From Octopus sinensis (taxonomy: Eukaryota), in contig NC_043017.1 in NCBI RefSeq assembly GCF_006345805.1, positions 14,880,001 through 14,944,000 on the forward strand: a DNA stretch of 64,000 nt, written 5' to 3'. This document shows positions 23,766-39,185 of the stretch, one piece after another; position 1 is the first letter of the stretch, and each line of letters starts with the position of its first letter. A program made the position numbers and the translations under genes. The notes below the pieces were generated by a model. That model did not search any database and was not told the DNA's origin. It saw nothing but the letters and a program-made list of their open reading frames with translations.

Positions 23766-24410
23766 ATAGTGACATATATTGACATAGAAATGGCTGATGT
23801 GAGAGAAAACTAAAATGTGAGCGCAAGGAGTAATTTGTGCCCGTCTTTACTATATTGTGCCGCACTGGAATATTCCAAGCGATCGATTAGGTAGAAACAG
23901 CAGGTAAATCTTTGTCAAGCCACATCTTACCGATTTACCGAAAAGAAAGAAACATTGGGTAATGTAATCCATGACTGATTTGTTTTGAAGATGAAAAGAC
24001 TGGATGGTCACAGCTGGACCGGCTTTGATCGTAAATCTGTTTGATCAGCGTTGGTCTGGGAGTGAACAATAACACCAGCATCAGCAGCAATAAAACAATT
24101 ACAAGAACAATAATAGCAACAACGAAAACAAAAAAGAACAACAGCAGCAACAACAACAACAACAACAACAACAACAGAGAGATGTAATTATTATGGGTGG
24201 GTGATCGAACGCGTACTTTAACGTGTCAAAAAAACATTTACTGTTTATTGTTTACCTCGACAACTTCAAAGGCGGTCCTGATTGATTTTCTTTTCATCGT
24301 TCAGTGTTCGAGAAAACAAGTAGCAAAATTATTAAGGACAGAGTGAATTAACTGTACCTCACCATATTTCCATTCACCACAACTATGTCACCTGCTTACG
24401 CTCTAAATAT

Positions 24411-24472
<62 letters not shown>

Positions 24473-25539
24473 TCTATAAACGGCAGAGTTGAGCGATTAA
24501 ACATTTCCTTTCGCAACAATACGGTTCTGCATTCCATCTCATTCTTCAGTACCATATTTCCTACCAAAACTTGATACTAAAATTGGAAACTGTGACGAAG
24601 CCTGCTGTCAGAAGAAATACCCTTCTTGTTTCGGGCAGAAGACTTAATCAGTTGATATTTATAACACAATATTCTAATTTTTAAGTGGTTTTAACAACGA
24701 CCACTCTGTGGTCAGTAATCAGATCAAAACTTTGGCCAGAGGTCACATTCTTACTATTTTGCTACAAATGCTGAAAGTCTTGAAAAAGCTGGAAGGAGCT
24801 GATTTCCTTCCCTGGACCAATAAAAAAAAATTTATCGTGACGTATATTAGGAATAAACTATTTCGTTAAAGCATATTTTTGACAAAGGTTATCTGCACTT
24901 CTAAAGAGGACGAGATTATATTTCGAATGCGTTGAATTTATTAAGAAGATTATTTTAGGAAATTCACACTGGTTTCACTTCTTGATAACTCATCAGAAAT
25001 ATTGACAAACTTGCAATAAATATTTACTGAAGTGATTCCGCACATTATAGATGTTGTTCATATTAAATATTTTGTTATTTGCTTGATCAAATATTGATGT
25101 TATTTACTTATATATCTGAAATAAATTATTTTTAAAGCAAATACGGTCGGTCTATTAACGTGAGCTTAAAAGATGATGGATTTCTTTGAACGCTTTCTCT
25201 TTAATTGTTTTCAATATTTCGATGTATTATCAACACATGAAAAAATGAGACGACAGCTGGAGAAGAGACAGATCGAAACGTTGTGTAAATGTAAAAGAAC
25301 GTGTCATCTCTAAAGATATGTTTAATTACTCGCCTTATCTTCATTTGTTATTCTTTCGAGCTGGCAAGATAAGAACCACAAAATAAATCATTTAACAATA
25401 CAAAATTCTAGCGGTGTGTATGGGGCGGGGGTCGAGTTAGCTGTCGTTTCGTTAGGTTTGTGAATCCAGAGGAAGTTCTTATACTGCGTTAAGGGGAAAA
25501 AACCATTTTAGTAAAAAGAGGAACGTTTTATTCTTTTTG

Positions 25540-25860
25540 CTTCTGTCCTTAGATTGTGGCCATGCTGTGGCACCACTTTGAAGGATCTATTTTTTATCGA
25601 GTAAATTGTTCCCAATATTTATTCTTTTTTAAAGTCTGGTACCTATTATATCGATTCCTTTTGCGAAACTTCCAAGTTAAGGGGGTTTAAGCAAGCCACC
25701 ACCGGCTCGTAATCAAGCACAGATATATAAACGGTGGGCTTCCACACAGTTTACATTAATTAAATTCCCCCATGAGGTATTTGTTAGTAAATGACTGTGG
25801 AAGAAGACACTTGCTCAAGGTACCGCCCATAGGGATTGAAATGTTCAACTTCACAACCAT
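25540..25860 (-). mobile_element. SINE family B, diverged
   Basis: GGCCATGCTGTGGCACCACTTTGAAG...GAAGACACTTGCTCAAGGTACCGC, homologous to 31355-31560. Confidence 0.65.
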
Positions 25861-25927
25861 ATCTGTTTAAATGGAAATGTTTAAAAATTAACATTATGTG
25901 TATGTTTAAAAGTTTAATTAAATATTG

Positions 25928-26138
25928 ATTTCAAATATTGGTACAAGCCCAGGCAAGTACGGGGGATGTGGTAAATCGATTACATCGATTCCACTCCTCG
26001 ACTGTTACTTATTTTATTGATCATGAAAAGACGAAGGGCAAAGTCGATAGCAGCAGAACTTTAACTCAGAACGTAAAAGACGGGCGAAATTCCGCCAAGC
26101 ATTTTTGCCCGGCGTGCGATTCTGCCAGCTTGCTGCCT
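25928..26138 (-). mobile_element. SINE family A
   Basis: GGCAAAGTCGATAGCAGCAGAACTTTAACTCAGAACGTAAAAGACGGGCGAAATTCCGCC...TCTGCCAGCTTGCTGCC. Confidence 0.8.
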
Positions 26139-27314
26139 TAATTTAGTTAAATACAACATGTTTAGTATTAGCATTATCTATCTGTCTGTCTGATTTCGCT
26201 TTTAATTCCACGCGGTATGGGAACTAAACCCTAGAGTTCTTAGCGCCCTGCCACGTCTTAGGATATCATAAAAATTTACCAAGTTCATAGTAGCAATACC
26301 AGTCTTGTACGGTATCGATCACTTCAGGTATTCCTTCTTCCAATGCTTCTAGTCTTATGTCAATGATAGACATCAATAACTATCAATAAAAATTATTTTC
26401 GGCTTGTAAACTATTTTAGCGTTTTCCGAAGATAACTCTACCATGTTTGTATAACTAATAACGTTTACATTGACACGGTAAATGAACAATCGAGAATAAC
26501 TGTACTGACGAACACTCCGGGGGTCAGGGTGAAATACAAAGTCCTCACTCGTTGGTTTTCAATTTAAGATCTGAAGGGGCCAATACCACAAGACTTTTCT
26601 GCAACATCAACATCTTTTAGATTATATAATTAGTAATGATGACTATACATTGGCAGAGGGCCAGAAATAATGTTGGGGTGGAATCTGGATGGGGTATCAC
26701 CCCGGAAGATATGTAGATATCACTGAACGGTTGGTAAAAAAAAATAACAGTTGATGAATTATGGATAGTTGTGACAATCGCATAAAGTATGTTTCTTAGG
26801 TGGACTTGGGTATGTGTAAAAAATATCTTCAATTATAATTAAAACGTGGACCACGAAGGGACTTCCGGATGGTCTTGAAGGCTCTGTCTGCAATACAGAT
26901 CAAGCAAGTGTTTGTAGATCTATTTGGAGAGACGGTATGAAACGTAAGCATTAAGTTCTGCAATCTTCTTGCCACTGCGGTGGAAGCTGAGGCCGGTTGC
27001 TTTGAGTGACTCTTATCTCCCAACCATAATATAGTTTGTATTTTGAATTCTTTAAAACACTTTAAATTTTTAATGGCATATAGCGTTTTCATTTCCTTTT
27101 CTGAAAACTGTCAAGTTTAGCCCGAACAGCCAAATGTATAATATAATAATTTATAGTAATTTATATATAATATATATTACTATACATATATACCAAAGAT
27201 TATATATAACAGGCGATGAATCTATTTTTATGATACATTATATAATACAATTTATGCAATGTGTTATATAATCTATCTAGAATATATATATGTGTGTGTG
27301 TGTGTATCTATCTA

Positions 27315-28605
27315 TGAGGGGCGTTCAATAAGTAATGCCTCTGACCCACTTCCCATAGCAGTAGAGCAACGAAACTTGGCACAGTTATTAGTCTTTTTCT
27401 ACATAGGAACCACTCAGAGTTACGCATTTCTCCCATCGTTTGATGCGGCTCTGGAGACTGTTTTTGTAGAAGAACCCAGCTTGGTCCTCCAACCGCAACG
27501 TGACTTCAGAAATCAAGGCTGCATCATCTGGGAAACGCTTTCCTTTCAAAAACAACTTCATGATTGGGAAGAGGTGAAAATCAGAGGGTGCAAGGTCAGG
27601 AAAGTAGGGGGGATGGGGAGGAGTTCATAGCCATACGCCTGTGCTTCTGATCTGGCGATAAGCGAGTTGTGGACTGGAGTGTTGTCCTGCAGGAGAAGGA
27701 TGCCTTTGCTGATCTTGCCCCGCCTCTTGATTTTGATAACTTCTCTTAATTTCCTCAAAAGTGAAGCATAATAGGCTCCTGCAATTGTGGTACCCTTTGC
27801 CAGGAAATCTGTCATCACTACTCCGTCCTGGTCCCAGAAGACTGTGAGCATGACCTTGCCAGCGGAGGGCTGCACCCTTGCCTTCTTTAGAGGGGGTGAG
27901 TCACGGTGCTTCCACTGCATTGACTGAGCTTTGGTCTCTGGATCATCGTGATGGACCCAGGTTTTATCCTGTGTAATCAGTCTTTTGAAAAATTTTGACT
28001 CATCTTCTTGGCACATTTCCAAATTCACCCTCGAGCACTCGACGCGTTCTTGCTTCTGGAAAGGCGTGAGCAACCTGGGAATCCATCTGGCAGACACCTT
28101 TTGCATATGCAAATGGTCATGAATGATAGTTTCCACAGACCCGGTACTAATCTGGACCTCATGGGCTATTTGGCGAATAATTATGCGTCGATCTTCCAAA
28201 ATGGCAGCCTCAACTTGACGGACAGATGCCTCATCAATGGCAGAAGGGGGCGACCAGATCTGGGAGCTGTTTCCACAGAGTTCCGACCATGTTTGAATTC
28301 ACGATGCCAGCGTTTTACAAGGTCATATGATGGGGAATCATCACCATAAGTTACTTTCATTTCATCAAAAGTCTCCCGTGGTGTGCGTCCTTTCAAATAC
28401 AAAAACCGGATCACTGCTCGACACTCAACAGGCTCCATTTCACACTTGACTCGGTTCAAACACCTGTAAATCAGAAACCACAATTAATTCAGAGCTGTAA
28501 TTTGCCACTTACTCTATAGAGATATAAATGATTGCACATGCAAAATTTCAGCTAGATCAAACAACTGCAAATGGGTCAGAGGCATTACTTATTGAACGTC
28601 CCTCG
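27315..28605 (-). mobile_element. Mariner transposon, full length (1,291 bp), with TA target-site duplication
   Basis: TIRs (C/T)GAGGG(G/A)CGTTCAATAAGTAATGCCTCTGACCCA at both ends. Flanking TA at 27313-27314 and 28606-28607. Confidence 0.97.
27388..28438 (-). pseudogene. Mariner D,D34D transposase, frameshifted
   Basis: MEPVECRAVIRFL...WHREFKHGRNSVETAPRSGRP // ITQDKTWVHH...LLQDNTPVH // HPPYFPDLAPSDFHLFP...SYVEKD*. Two frameshifts, near 28245 and 27620. Confidence 0.93.
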
Positions 28606-28716
28606 TATACACACACACACACATACAAAATGGAACAAAAACGCAATAGAGGACAATAAAACATTTGAACAGATGGACGACACAAAGGCGCACGAGAGAA
28701 AGAACAATTAGGACAA

Positions 28717-28753
<37 letters not shown>

Positions 28754-30472
28754 TGAACACTTCTTTATAAAATATAATCCATAAAATAAATTATACGCCA
28801 GATATCATAGCATACTTTATCAATATTTATATAACGTTTTATATGTAATATATTAGCGTTGAATAAATTGCGAATATAAGAATAAGATAATATTTTGAAT
28901 ATTTTTCACAACTCACCGGAAAAATTATAAAATTGTATCATCATGTAATATTTTTTACTAATGTCAACCATTTTAGATACTTCGATTTACTCTCTTTTTC
29001 TATTTTATTCTCATGTCAAGTCTTCCGTTCTCTCACGTATCTCTCCCTTGCTTTTGTAGTATCTATCTATCTATCTATCTCGTTCTGTCTTTCTTTCATT
29101 GCTATTATTCCATATCAAATTCTTCAGTTCCTCTTGTCACCGTTTGTGAATCTGTTAATTTATAAATGTAACCAACCAAGAATTAGTAATGATGGCCATA
29201 CATCGGCAGAGGGCCAGAAATGTTGGGGTGGAATCAGAATGGGGTACCCCACGGAAGATATGTAAATATCACTGAACAGATGCCTAAACAAAAGACAGTT
29301 GATGAATTATGGATAGTTTGTGACAATCGCATAAAGTACGTTTCTTAGGTGGACTTGGATATGTGTAAAAAGTATCTTCTATTATGATTAAAACGTGGAC
29401 ACTATTTACAGCTCAGTCTATCTTGTTGTGAATATTTACATCCAATTATCCAATCACTGTTGCAAACGTATGCACAGCTAGTCGAATTGCTAAATATAAC
29501 AGCTAAATTTATCCCAAGCCACACCTTGCCCTCTTACAAATGGAATGGCACACTGGCTGTTGTATGTGTTGTATGATATATATGTATATAAATCCTGATA
29601 TAAGGATTCAAGAAATCTGGCACTACTCGTTAAAAAGCTCCTTTGTTTGTCATTGAACAAACCATACAGAATCTATAGTAATATACACGAGTAAATAATA
29701 AGGGGAATATACAGATATAAACGACGGAGAAACGATTTATTATTCGTAATTTGTATTTGTATCCCTACTTTTGTGGTATTCAACTGTCTTTTACACCCCT
29801 TTGAAGGAATCATTTTTTTACCTTTGTTATATAAACAACTACAGGATGATCCTACAGCTGGAGCGTCTTCAATGGATGTCTGCTGAGAATGACAAAGCAT
29901 TGACCAATTACAGAAAAGCAACTATAGCATTCCACATTTTCTATGTGGTATCTCGATCAGTTAGAAATAGCAGCTACATTTCTCAATTATAGATTATATT
30001 TTAAAACAAGATTACATTACATAACGTAATTCTACACTGACTGAATCTCAATATAAGACGAGATATTTATGAATGTAATTTATTTTTCATCACAGGTCTG
30101 GGGAAGCAAGGATGGCCTAGGGCTAAACAGTAACATGAGCAGCTGTTTATGATAATACAAAATGTTGTTGTTGCTGTTTAGCCCTCACCAGATAAAGATG
30201 AGTGATGAAACGCACTCTGGTGGTGACCGTTCCGTTCTTTTAATGACAACATTGAAAATACATCTTTTTTTTCTGTAGAAAGTTGCAAATTTAAGGAAGG
30301 TTTAGCTGTTATTTCTAGTAGGTTTTCAATAGAACTAAAATTAAATGATATGGAAACTATTCTCTATACCAACAAGCGTTTCTATTCTACAAATGTAATT
30401 GCACAAATTGCTTGAAAGTGTCTCATGCAGGCCTAGCAGTAATATCACTTAGGAGACGAATATAACAGATAA

Positions 30473-30677
30473 GATAGCAAGCTGGCAGAAACTTTAGGAG
30501 GCCGGGCGAAGTGCTTTCGTCTGTCTTTACGTTCAGCGTTCAAATTCCGCCGAGGTCGTCTTTGTCATTCATCCTTTCGGGGTCGATAAATTAAGTATCA
30601 GTTGCGTACTGGGGTCGATCTAATCGACTGGTCCCTTTCCCAAAAATTTCAGGCCTTGTGCCTATAGTAGAAAAAAT
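30473..30677 (+). mobile_element. SINE family A
   Basis: GCTGGCAGAAAC...TTCAAATTCCGCCGAGGTCG...CATCCTTTCGGGGTCGATAAATTAAGTATCAGTTGCGTACTGGGGTCGAT. Confidence 0.9.
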
Positions 30678-31354
30678 TACAACGACATAGGAGATTTTTC
30701 AAGCATAAAGAAAGAGACATCGATTATAATTTTCTTTCTTCACATATACCTGGCACAAGAAAAGGGAAATAGTTTAGTTTGAAATCTAATGACACCACAG
30801 GGATAATTTTGTACAGAAACAGTTTGAAGCTGTGTAATATATGTTTATCTGAATATCATCATAAAAGAAAAAACGAACGACGATAACGAACGGATAAAGA
30901 AATCAAAATAAATCTATTGCTGCAGACGTAGTATCGAATGTTTGCGTCTCTTCTCGTGATATGCAACGAAGGATGGTTGACATCACGTCATGTGACAAGC
31001 CACCGCTGTATGATGCGTCTCGATGCTTTAAATGTTTGCTAAAAATCTGTTTAAATCTATTTATAAGTATGAATTTATAGAATAGGAAAGACGAAACTAT
31101 ATTGTTGAGCGAGTACACACAAACATTCACATACATACACACATATGTATATATATATATATACACACAACAACAACACGTGGATAATGTGTCAATCCAC
31201 TACAGCTGTTTCCAACGAATTTTTAATTGATAAATATTACATCATATTACACACACTCATACATACACATACACACACACACATGTGTGTGTGTATGTAT
31301 GTATGTATGTATGTATAAGTGTGTGTAAGCATGTATATATTTATGAGTGTGTCA

Positions 31355-31562
31355 TTGTGCCTATGTTAGTCCCCCCCCCCATTGCTTGACAAACGATGCT
31401 GGTGTGTTTAAGTCCCCGTAATCTAGTTGCTCGGCATAACAGATCCACAGAATAAATACTAAGCTTTCAAAGAATAAGACGTGGGGTCGATTTCCTCGAC
31501 TAAAACACATTTAAGGTGGTGCTCCAGCATGGTTGCAGTCAAATGATTAACACAATTAAGAA
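31355..31562 (+). mobile_element. SINE family B, 3' part
   Basis: AAGAATAAGACGTGGGGTCGATTTCCTCGACTAAAAC...GGTGGTGCTCCAGCATGGTTGCAGTCAAATGA. Confidence 0.75.
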
Positions 31563-31694
31563 AAATATGTAAAAGAATCTATATAATATATAGAATATAG
31601 TACAGACGGGGACACACTCACACATGTGCGTGCAAAGGAACGATTGTTGAGATAAGTGATTAAAGCCTGTTTACTCCATTTCTCGATTCGCATA

Positions 31695-31813
31695 TGTGTA
31701 TATATATATATATTATATATATATATATATTATATATATATACTTATACATACATACATATATATATATATATACTTATACATACATACATATATATATA
31801 TATATACTTATAC

Positions 31814-31844
<31 letters not shown>

Positions 31845-31854
31845 ATATATACTT

Positions 31855-31885
<31 letters not shown>

Positions 31886-31922
31886 CTTATACATACATAC
31901 ATATATATATATATACTTATAC

Positions 31923-31969
<47 letters not shown>

Positions 31970-32233
31970 AATATAAGCAAGAAATGCACACACACACTCG
32001 TGTGGGTGTAGGTGTGCTATGCGCGCGTGGTATATTATCTTTATTTCTCTTGAGATATCTTTTTTGACGAAACACCCTGCATATTGTAATAAAAAAAGAA
32101 AACTGAACGCATCCCGTGCGTGTATATATGTAATCAGGTATGTACATGTGTGTGTGTGTGTATATATATACATGCGTGCATACATATATGTATATATTCG
32201 TGCACACATATGTGTATGTGTGTATGTATAGCC

Positions 32234-32274
<41 letters not shown>

Positions 32275-32480
32275 TACATATATCTGCATATAGGTAGGCA
32301 TTCATATATGGACATGTCACTCTCTCTCTCTCCCTATACACATATATATATATATATGTGAGAGAGAGTGAGACAGAGAGGAAAGAGATAAAGAGGGAAA
32401 AATAGACATATACTGAGAGGCATAAACACACACTCACAAATATACACACTGACATACACACACATGCACACACACAAACA
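31695..32480. repeat. Compound (TA)n/(TACA)n/(TG)n/(GA)n microsatellite block
   Basis: Directly visible. Six TACTTATACATACATAC modules in 31740-31935. Confidence 0.9.
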
Positions 32481-34139
32481 CAACAGGAACTCAACAGTCT
32501 TCGCCAAAAAACAAAAATATTGCTGAAACTAAAAACTAAAAACAAAAATGGAAGGCAAAAGAAAAAGCAGCCCCCCCCCTCCTAAACCAACAGCGAAAGC
32601 AGATTAGTATCAACATACATTCAGGTATACAACTGATGTATGACAAAGGATAAACATTATAAAACCTACATATATATATATAAATATTAGAAAGAGCATT
32701 ATGTTTAATTTTCTCCATCTTGGCTAAGTGAATGTATCATTATTGATTTTTAGTCGCCATTTTCATAGAACAGTCTTCTTTCAAAATGTGACCATCTGCA
32801 TAATGAACACCAGCAGGAACAATAACAACATCAACAACAGTACAACAACAAAATAACAATAATAAAAAAGGATAATAATGAATATATCCTTTTGTCAAAC
32901 GATAATGGAAGGGAAAATTCATGAAATATGATAATGCACAACTAAGTATTCATTATAATGGTGATGACTATGATGATAATGATGACTATGATGATAATGA
33001 TGGTAGTGGTGGTGGTGATGCTTTTGGTAATCATAATAATAATAATAATAATATGGATAATAATAAATATAATATGGATGCTAAACAAATATTAAAATAT
33101 TAATAGAAACTTTTAGAAATGGCGGACACGTTTTCACACTCAACGAAATAACAATGAAACGTTTCATAAAAAGAAAGGATACGCTTCACTTCTCTTATAA
33201 CTACTTTTATTCCTCCCCTCCGCCTCATCATCATCATCATCGTCGTCGTCGTCGTCGTCGTCATCATCATCATCACTCTTCTTCCAACACCGGTGTCCAC
33301 ACTTCTAACCAGGCGAGGATCTGTTAGTATTGATGGCTGTGAGTCTTAAAACGACCAATTCCCAACAGAAACGGGCAGCTTCCTTTTTAAACCTCTTTGT
33401 GAGATAAAATACATGTAAAAAATATTTGCTTCAGCTTTGCAATCAAAGAAAAAGCAAATAATTATAAAAGAGTCATCGTTATTGCATAAAATATACGAAA
33501 CGTTTGCATAGAGAATCTACTGCTGCATACATCTGTTTACATTATACAAAATGCATTTGTGTGTATAAGAAGAGTATAAAAGAAGTGAATCGCTTATAAA
33601 AGAATGGTAACTTTTTACAAAAGGTCTTCACTTTGTACTCAACAGGGCCTCTAATAGCCCTCACAATCGTAGATCCATGTCAGATGTTCACCTCTCTTTC
33701 TCTCTTCTGGTTCTACTGTTGCCTACCACTTAAACAGCAACATCAACGACAATAATGTGACAGCAAGCTAACGAAAGAGCCTCTACAGGGCCGTTCGACC
33801 TGCTAGAAAAAGCAACCAAATTCGCCTAAACCCCACTCCATGTTAAACAATGTGATCTTGGGTTCCATGAACACTGGAAAAAGACAGAATGGTCACAGCA
33901 AGTTGGACATTGATCAAAGGATTTCTTGCTGGGTGCTGACCAGACCTAAATAAGGGCTGTGATTAACCGTTGTGTGTTACTACGTGGTTGCTAGCTCAGC
34001 TTGACATAGTAGCCAAATCTTCTTTCTGTTATATCCTCCTAACTTTTCAAACACATGGGATATGGTGTTTGAAGGGCGGGGTGGGTACGGTTGGAACCCT
34101 TTGATTATAATGGTGAGATCGATCAACTTTGACAACTCC

Positions 34140-34345
34140 GCCATCACCATCATTAACAAAAAAAACAACACGACCAACAACTCCAACATCAACATCACTA
34201 CCAACATCACCACCACCGCCACTACCACCGCAATGACAATCATAAAGACCACCAACAACAACAACACTGCCACCAAAACCAAGCAAGAACAGCAACTACT
34301 ACTACTACTACTACTACTAATACTACTACTACTACTACTGCCACT
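34140..34345. repeat. (CAA)/(CAC)/(CTA) trinucleotide repeats
   Basis: Directly visible. Confidence 0.85.
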
Positions 34346-34414
34346 CCTGCTACAATGTTTCAAAGCCTGTTTGTTTTGCTAGAACACAACCAGTCCTTAA
34401 CGTAGGGATTCCTA

Positions 34415-34605
34415 TAGAAATGCTTAGCGGTATTTCGTCTGCCGTTACGTTCTCAGCTCAATTCCGTCGAGATCGACTTTGCCTTTCAACCTTTCGGGGT
34501 TCATTAATTACCAGTTTCGTAATGGGTTCGATGTAATCGACTTAATCCCTTTGTTTGTCCCCTCTATGTTTAGCCCACCACCACCACCACCACCGTGGGC
34601 AATAA
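34415..34605 (+). mobile_element. SINE family A, lacking its 5' head
   Basis: GAAATGCTTAGCGGTATTTCGTCTGCCGTTACGTTCTCAGCTCAATTCCG...CCTTTCGGGGT. Confidence 0.8.
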
Positions 34606-35298
34606 AGAAATATAGTGATTCCAATGACAAATGCTGGGCAATTACGACATTGGTCTCAGGATTCACTGCTCGACGCGATTTATAACCAGTGAGAATCCCT
34701 CGATATCCCCAACGAAAGAATTACTACAAGACATTTCTGTTCAAAAGCACCGATTCGTAGGTTTAATTGTCAATATTTATATCTTTCTCCAATTCCGCTG
34801 TTGAGAAATTTGTAAAATAAAACTATGAAAGCGTACATACATAGATACATACACACATACAAATGTACTTACACACGTACGTATGTACATACATGTAGAC
34901 AGACACAGATAGTCATGCATGAATGCATACATAGCAAAATACAATCATAAAATGCAGACACATGATGACTGTCCATTAGTGACCGAGGAAGACCATCACT
35001 GACCGTTAAGAACATTGTGCACTCAGACATATATATATATATATACACGAGCAAAAGCCCCCTCCCCATCTAATAGATGGTGCTGAGTTGTCAAACATTT
35101 AAACCAAATTTTCTCAAAACAACTTGTCCGACCGTCCCATAGGCCTCCCCTTTGAGAAACACTGATTTAACCTAAATTTGAGACACCAGCAAAAGAAGAA
35201 ATACAGATAGACTTTTTTTCTACTCCAAAGCAAAACAATTTTATTCACACAAATATGCAATCGAAGAGTTTAAAGTACCAGTAATGATAAGACTGTTG

Positions 35299-35712
35299 AC
35301 GAGTTGGCAGAAACGTTAGCACGCCGGGCGATATGCTTAGCGGTATTTTGTCTGCCGCTACGTTCTGAGTTCAAATTCCGCCGAGGTCGACTTTGCCTTT
35401 CATCCTTTCGGGGTCGATAAATTAAGTACCAGTTACACACTGGGGTCGATGTAATCGACTTGATCCGTTTGTCTGTCCTTGTTTGTCCTCTCTGTGTTTA
35501 GCCCCTTGTGGGTAGTAAAGAAATAGGTATTTTGTCTGCCGCTACGTTCTGAGTTCAAATTCCGCCGAGGTCGACTTTGCCCTTCATCATTTCGGGGTCG
35601 ATTAAATAAGTACCAGTTACGCACTGGGGTCGATATAATCGACCTAATCTGTTTGTCTGTCCTTGTTTGTCTTCTCTGTATTTAGCCCATTGTGGGTAGT
35701 AAAGAAATAGGT
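35299..35712 (+). mobile_element. SINE family A with an internal head-to-tail 184-bp dimer
   Basis: GGT recurs at 35342, 35526 and 35710 (period 184). Both units run from ATTTTGTCTGCCGCTACG to GGGTAGTAAAGAAATAGGT. Confidence 0.92.
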
Positions 35713-35759
35713 TTAAACAGTAAGTTTGGCGGGAAAGAAACGTGCCTTTAAGCAGTACA

Positions 35760-35998
35760 AAAAACAACAAAAAATGGAAGGTGCAGTTATGTACAGGTTG
35801 ACGGAAGAAAAGCAGGACAAAAACGGCTGTATTGATCGCATTCTCACCGGGAATCGATTTTTGTAATCTTTTCAAGACTTATACACGCCCTGATACTGTC
35901 GGTATCTACATATCAAATTTGAGCGCAATCGTATGGAGGATGCCCGAGATCCGAGAAGACACACAGACAGACAGGCAGAACTGATTTCATATAAGAGA
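35760..35998 (-). mobile_element. Second non-autonomous Helitron-like family, 5' fragment
   Basis: The - strand begins TCTCTTATATGAAATCAGTTCTGCCTGTCTGTCTGTGTG, a TC start plus (TCTG)n as in the Helitron at 38234. No clear 3' end. Confidence 0.4.
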
Positions 35999-36479
35999 CA
36001 AAGATGATTTTCGTAACATTTTCTGCAAAGACATAGAATTTAGTCAAAATAACTGTTGCAATTTTATACATGAACACGGAAATAACAGTCCTTTATCCAG
36101 TGCTGAACCTAATTTAGACGTTCCTTGTTGGAGACATTTTGGTGAACAGTTTTGAAATGTCACATCCTCGCTAACTTTAATTTTTATATATACAGATTTT
36201 ATGCTCAATTAGGTATACTTTTATCATATATATATATATATATATGAATATGTGGAACCCTTAATCCCAGCACGTTGTTTACTCTCTCCGTTCGTCTCTT
36301 TCAATTTTGTTTCCTCTCATCCCTTTCTGTCGATCAGCGCGGGCTCGAAACATCGGAAACTTCTTCATTTTACCCGACCGTTGAACTAATACACCTGCTA
36401 GTTCCCTCATTTCCCTTTTGTTTTCTGAACATTTGAACCATATATACATATACATGCATATACATATGTATGTATGGAT

Positions 36480-36524
<45 letters not shown>

Positions 36525-36579
36525 GATAGATATGTATGTATTTACATACATACAGACATTTATTCTGTCTCTTTCTCTC

Positions 36580-38234
<1,655 letters not shown>

Positions 38235-38654
38235 TATACCTCAATCATTTTTATTAAATTTTCTCGTACCACACATTTATAGTTGTTTGGATCAATATAA
38301 TTGTATGATATGTGTGTTTGTTTGTGAGTTCATATACATATATATATACACATCAGTGGGTGGGGTTACCTTTCGTTGTAGCATTTATTATTATAAAGCG
38401 ATTCACGCACTTTAAACTTTCTGCGAAATCATGTCATTTTAATGTCTCGTAGCAGTAGCGTTGATTATTGTTGAATTGTTCGCCCTAATCTGCAATGTTC
38501 CTTGCGAAGCTTCTTCTTGTTAACAAACCAAATTGTAACGGCTTCCCAACTACCACTGTTACAACAACAACAACAACGCAAATAACAAGGTATGGCAGCC
38601 AGAACAACAACAAAATGCACAACTAAAACAACAATTTAGTATGTGTTGATAGTT

Positions 38655-38671
38655 GCAGGTCTTCGCCTTTA

Positions 38672-38716
<45 letters not shown>

Positions 38717-38718
38717 CT

Positions 38719-38810
<92 letters not shown>

Positions 38811-38858
38811 CATATATATATATATATATATATTATACATATATATATATATATATAC

Positions 38859-38891
<33 letters not shown>

Positions 38892-38892
38892 A

Positions 38893-38981
<89 letters not shown>

Positions 38982-39096
38982 TGAAGCAGTTTGAGTACAA
39001 GTGAACGACATACAGGAGAGCCATTGCGGTGGATAAATTGGAGAGAATAGTGTAGAGAGGGGGAGAATAAAAGAAAAGTTGATTTTACATATATAT

Positions 39097-39184
<88 letters not shown>

Positions 39185-39185
39185 A
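38655..39185. repeat. (TCTA)n, long (TA)n and (GA)n microsatellite block
   Basis: Directly visible. Confidence 0.95.

Larger units (their letters stand above)
26628..29400 (+). repeat. Diverged direct repeat: about 220-bp copies at 26628-26851 and 29181-29400
   Basis: Shared GGCAGAGGGCCAGAAAT...GTTGATGAATTATGGATAGTT...GACAATCGCATAAAGTA...TTTCTTAGGTGGACTTGG...AAAACGTGGAC. Confidence 0.85.

Noticed and set aside
24960-25000. Hammerhead-like CTGATGAG...TGAAAC on the - strand
   Set aside because: No stem II and no cleavage-site helix.
27388-28438. SETMAR or another domesticated transposase gene
   Set aside because: It has intact TIRs, a TA duplication, two frameshifts and no SET exon, so it is an ordinary dead mariner copy.
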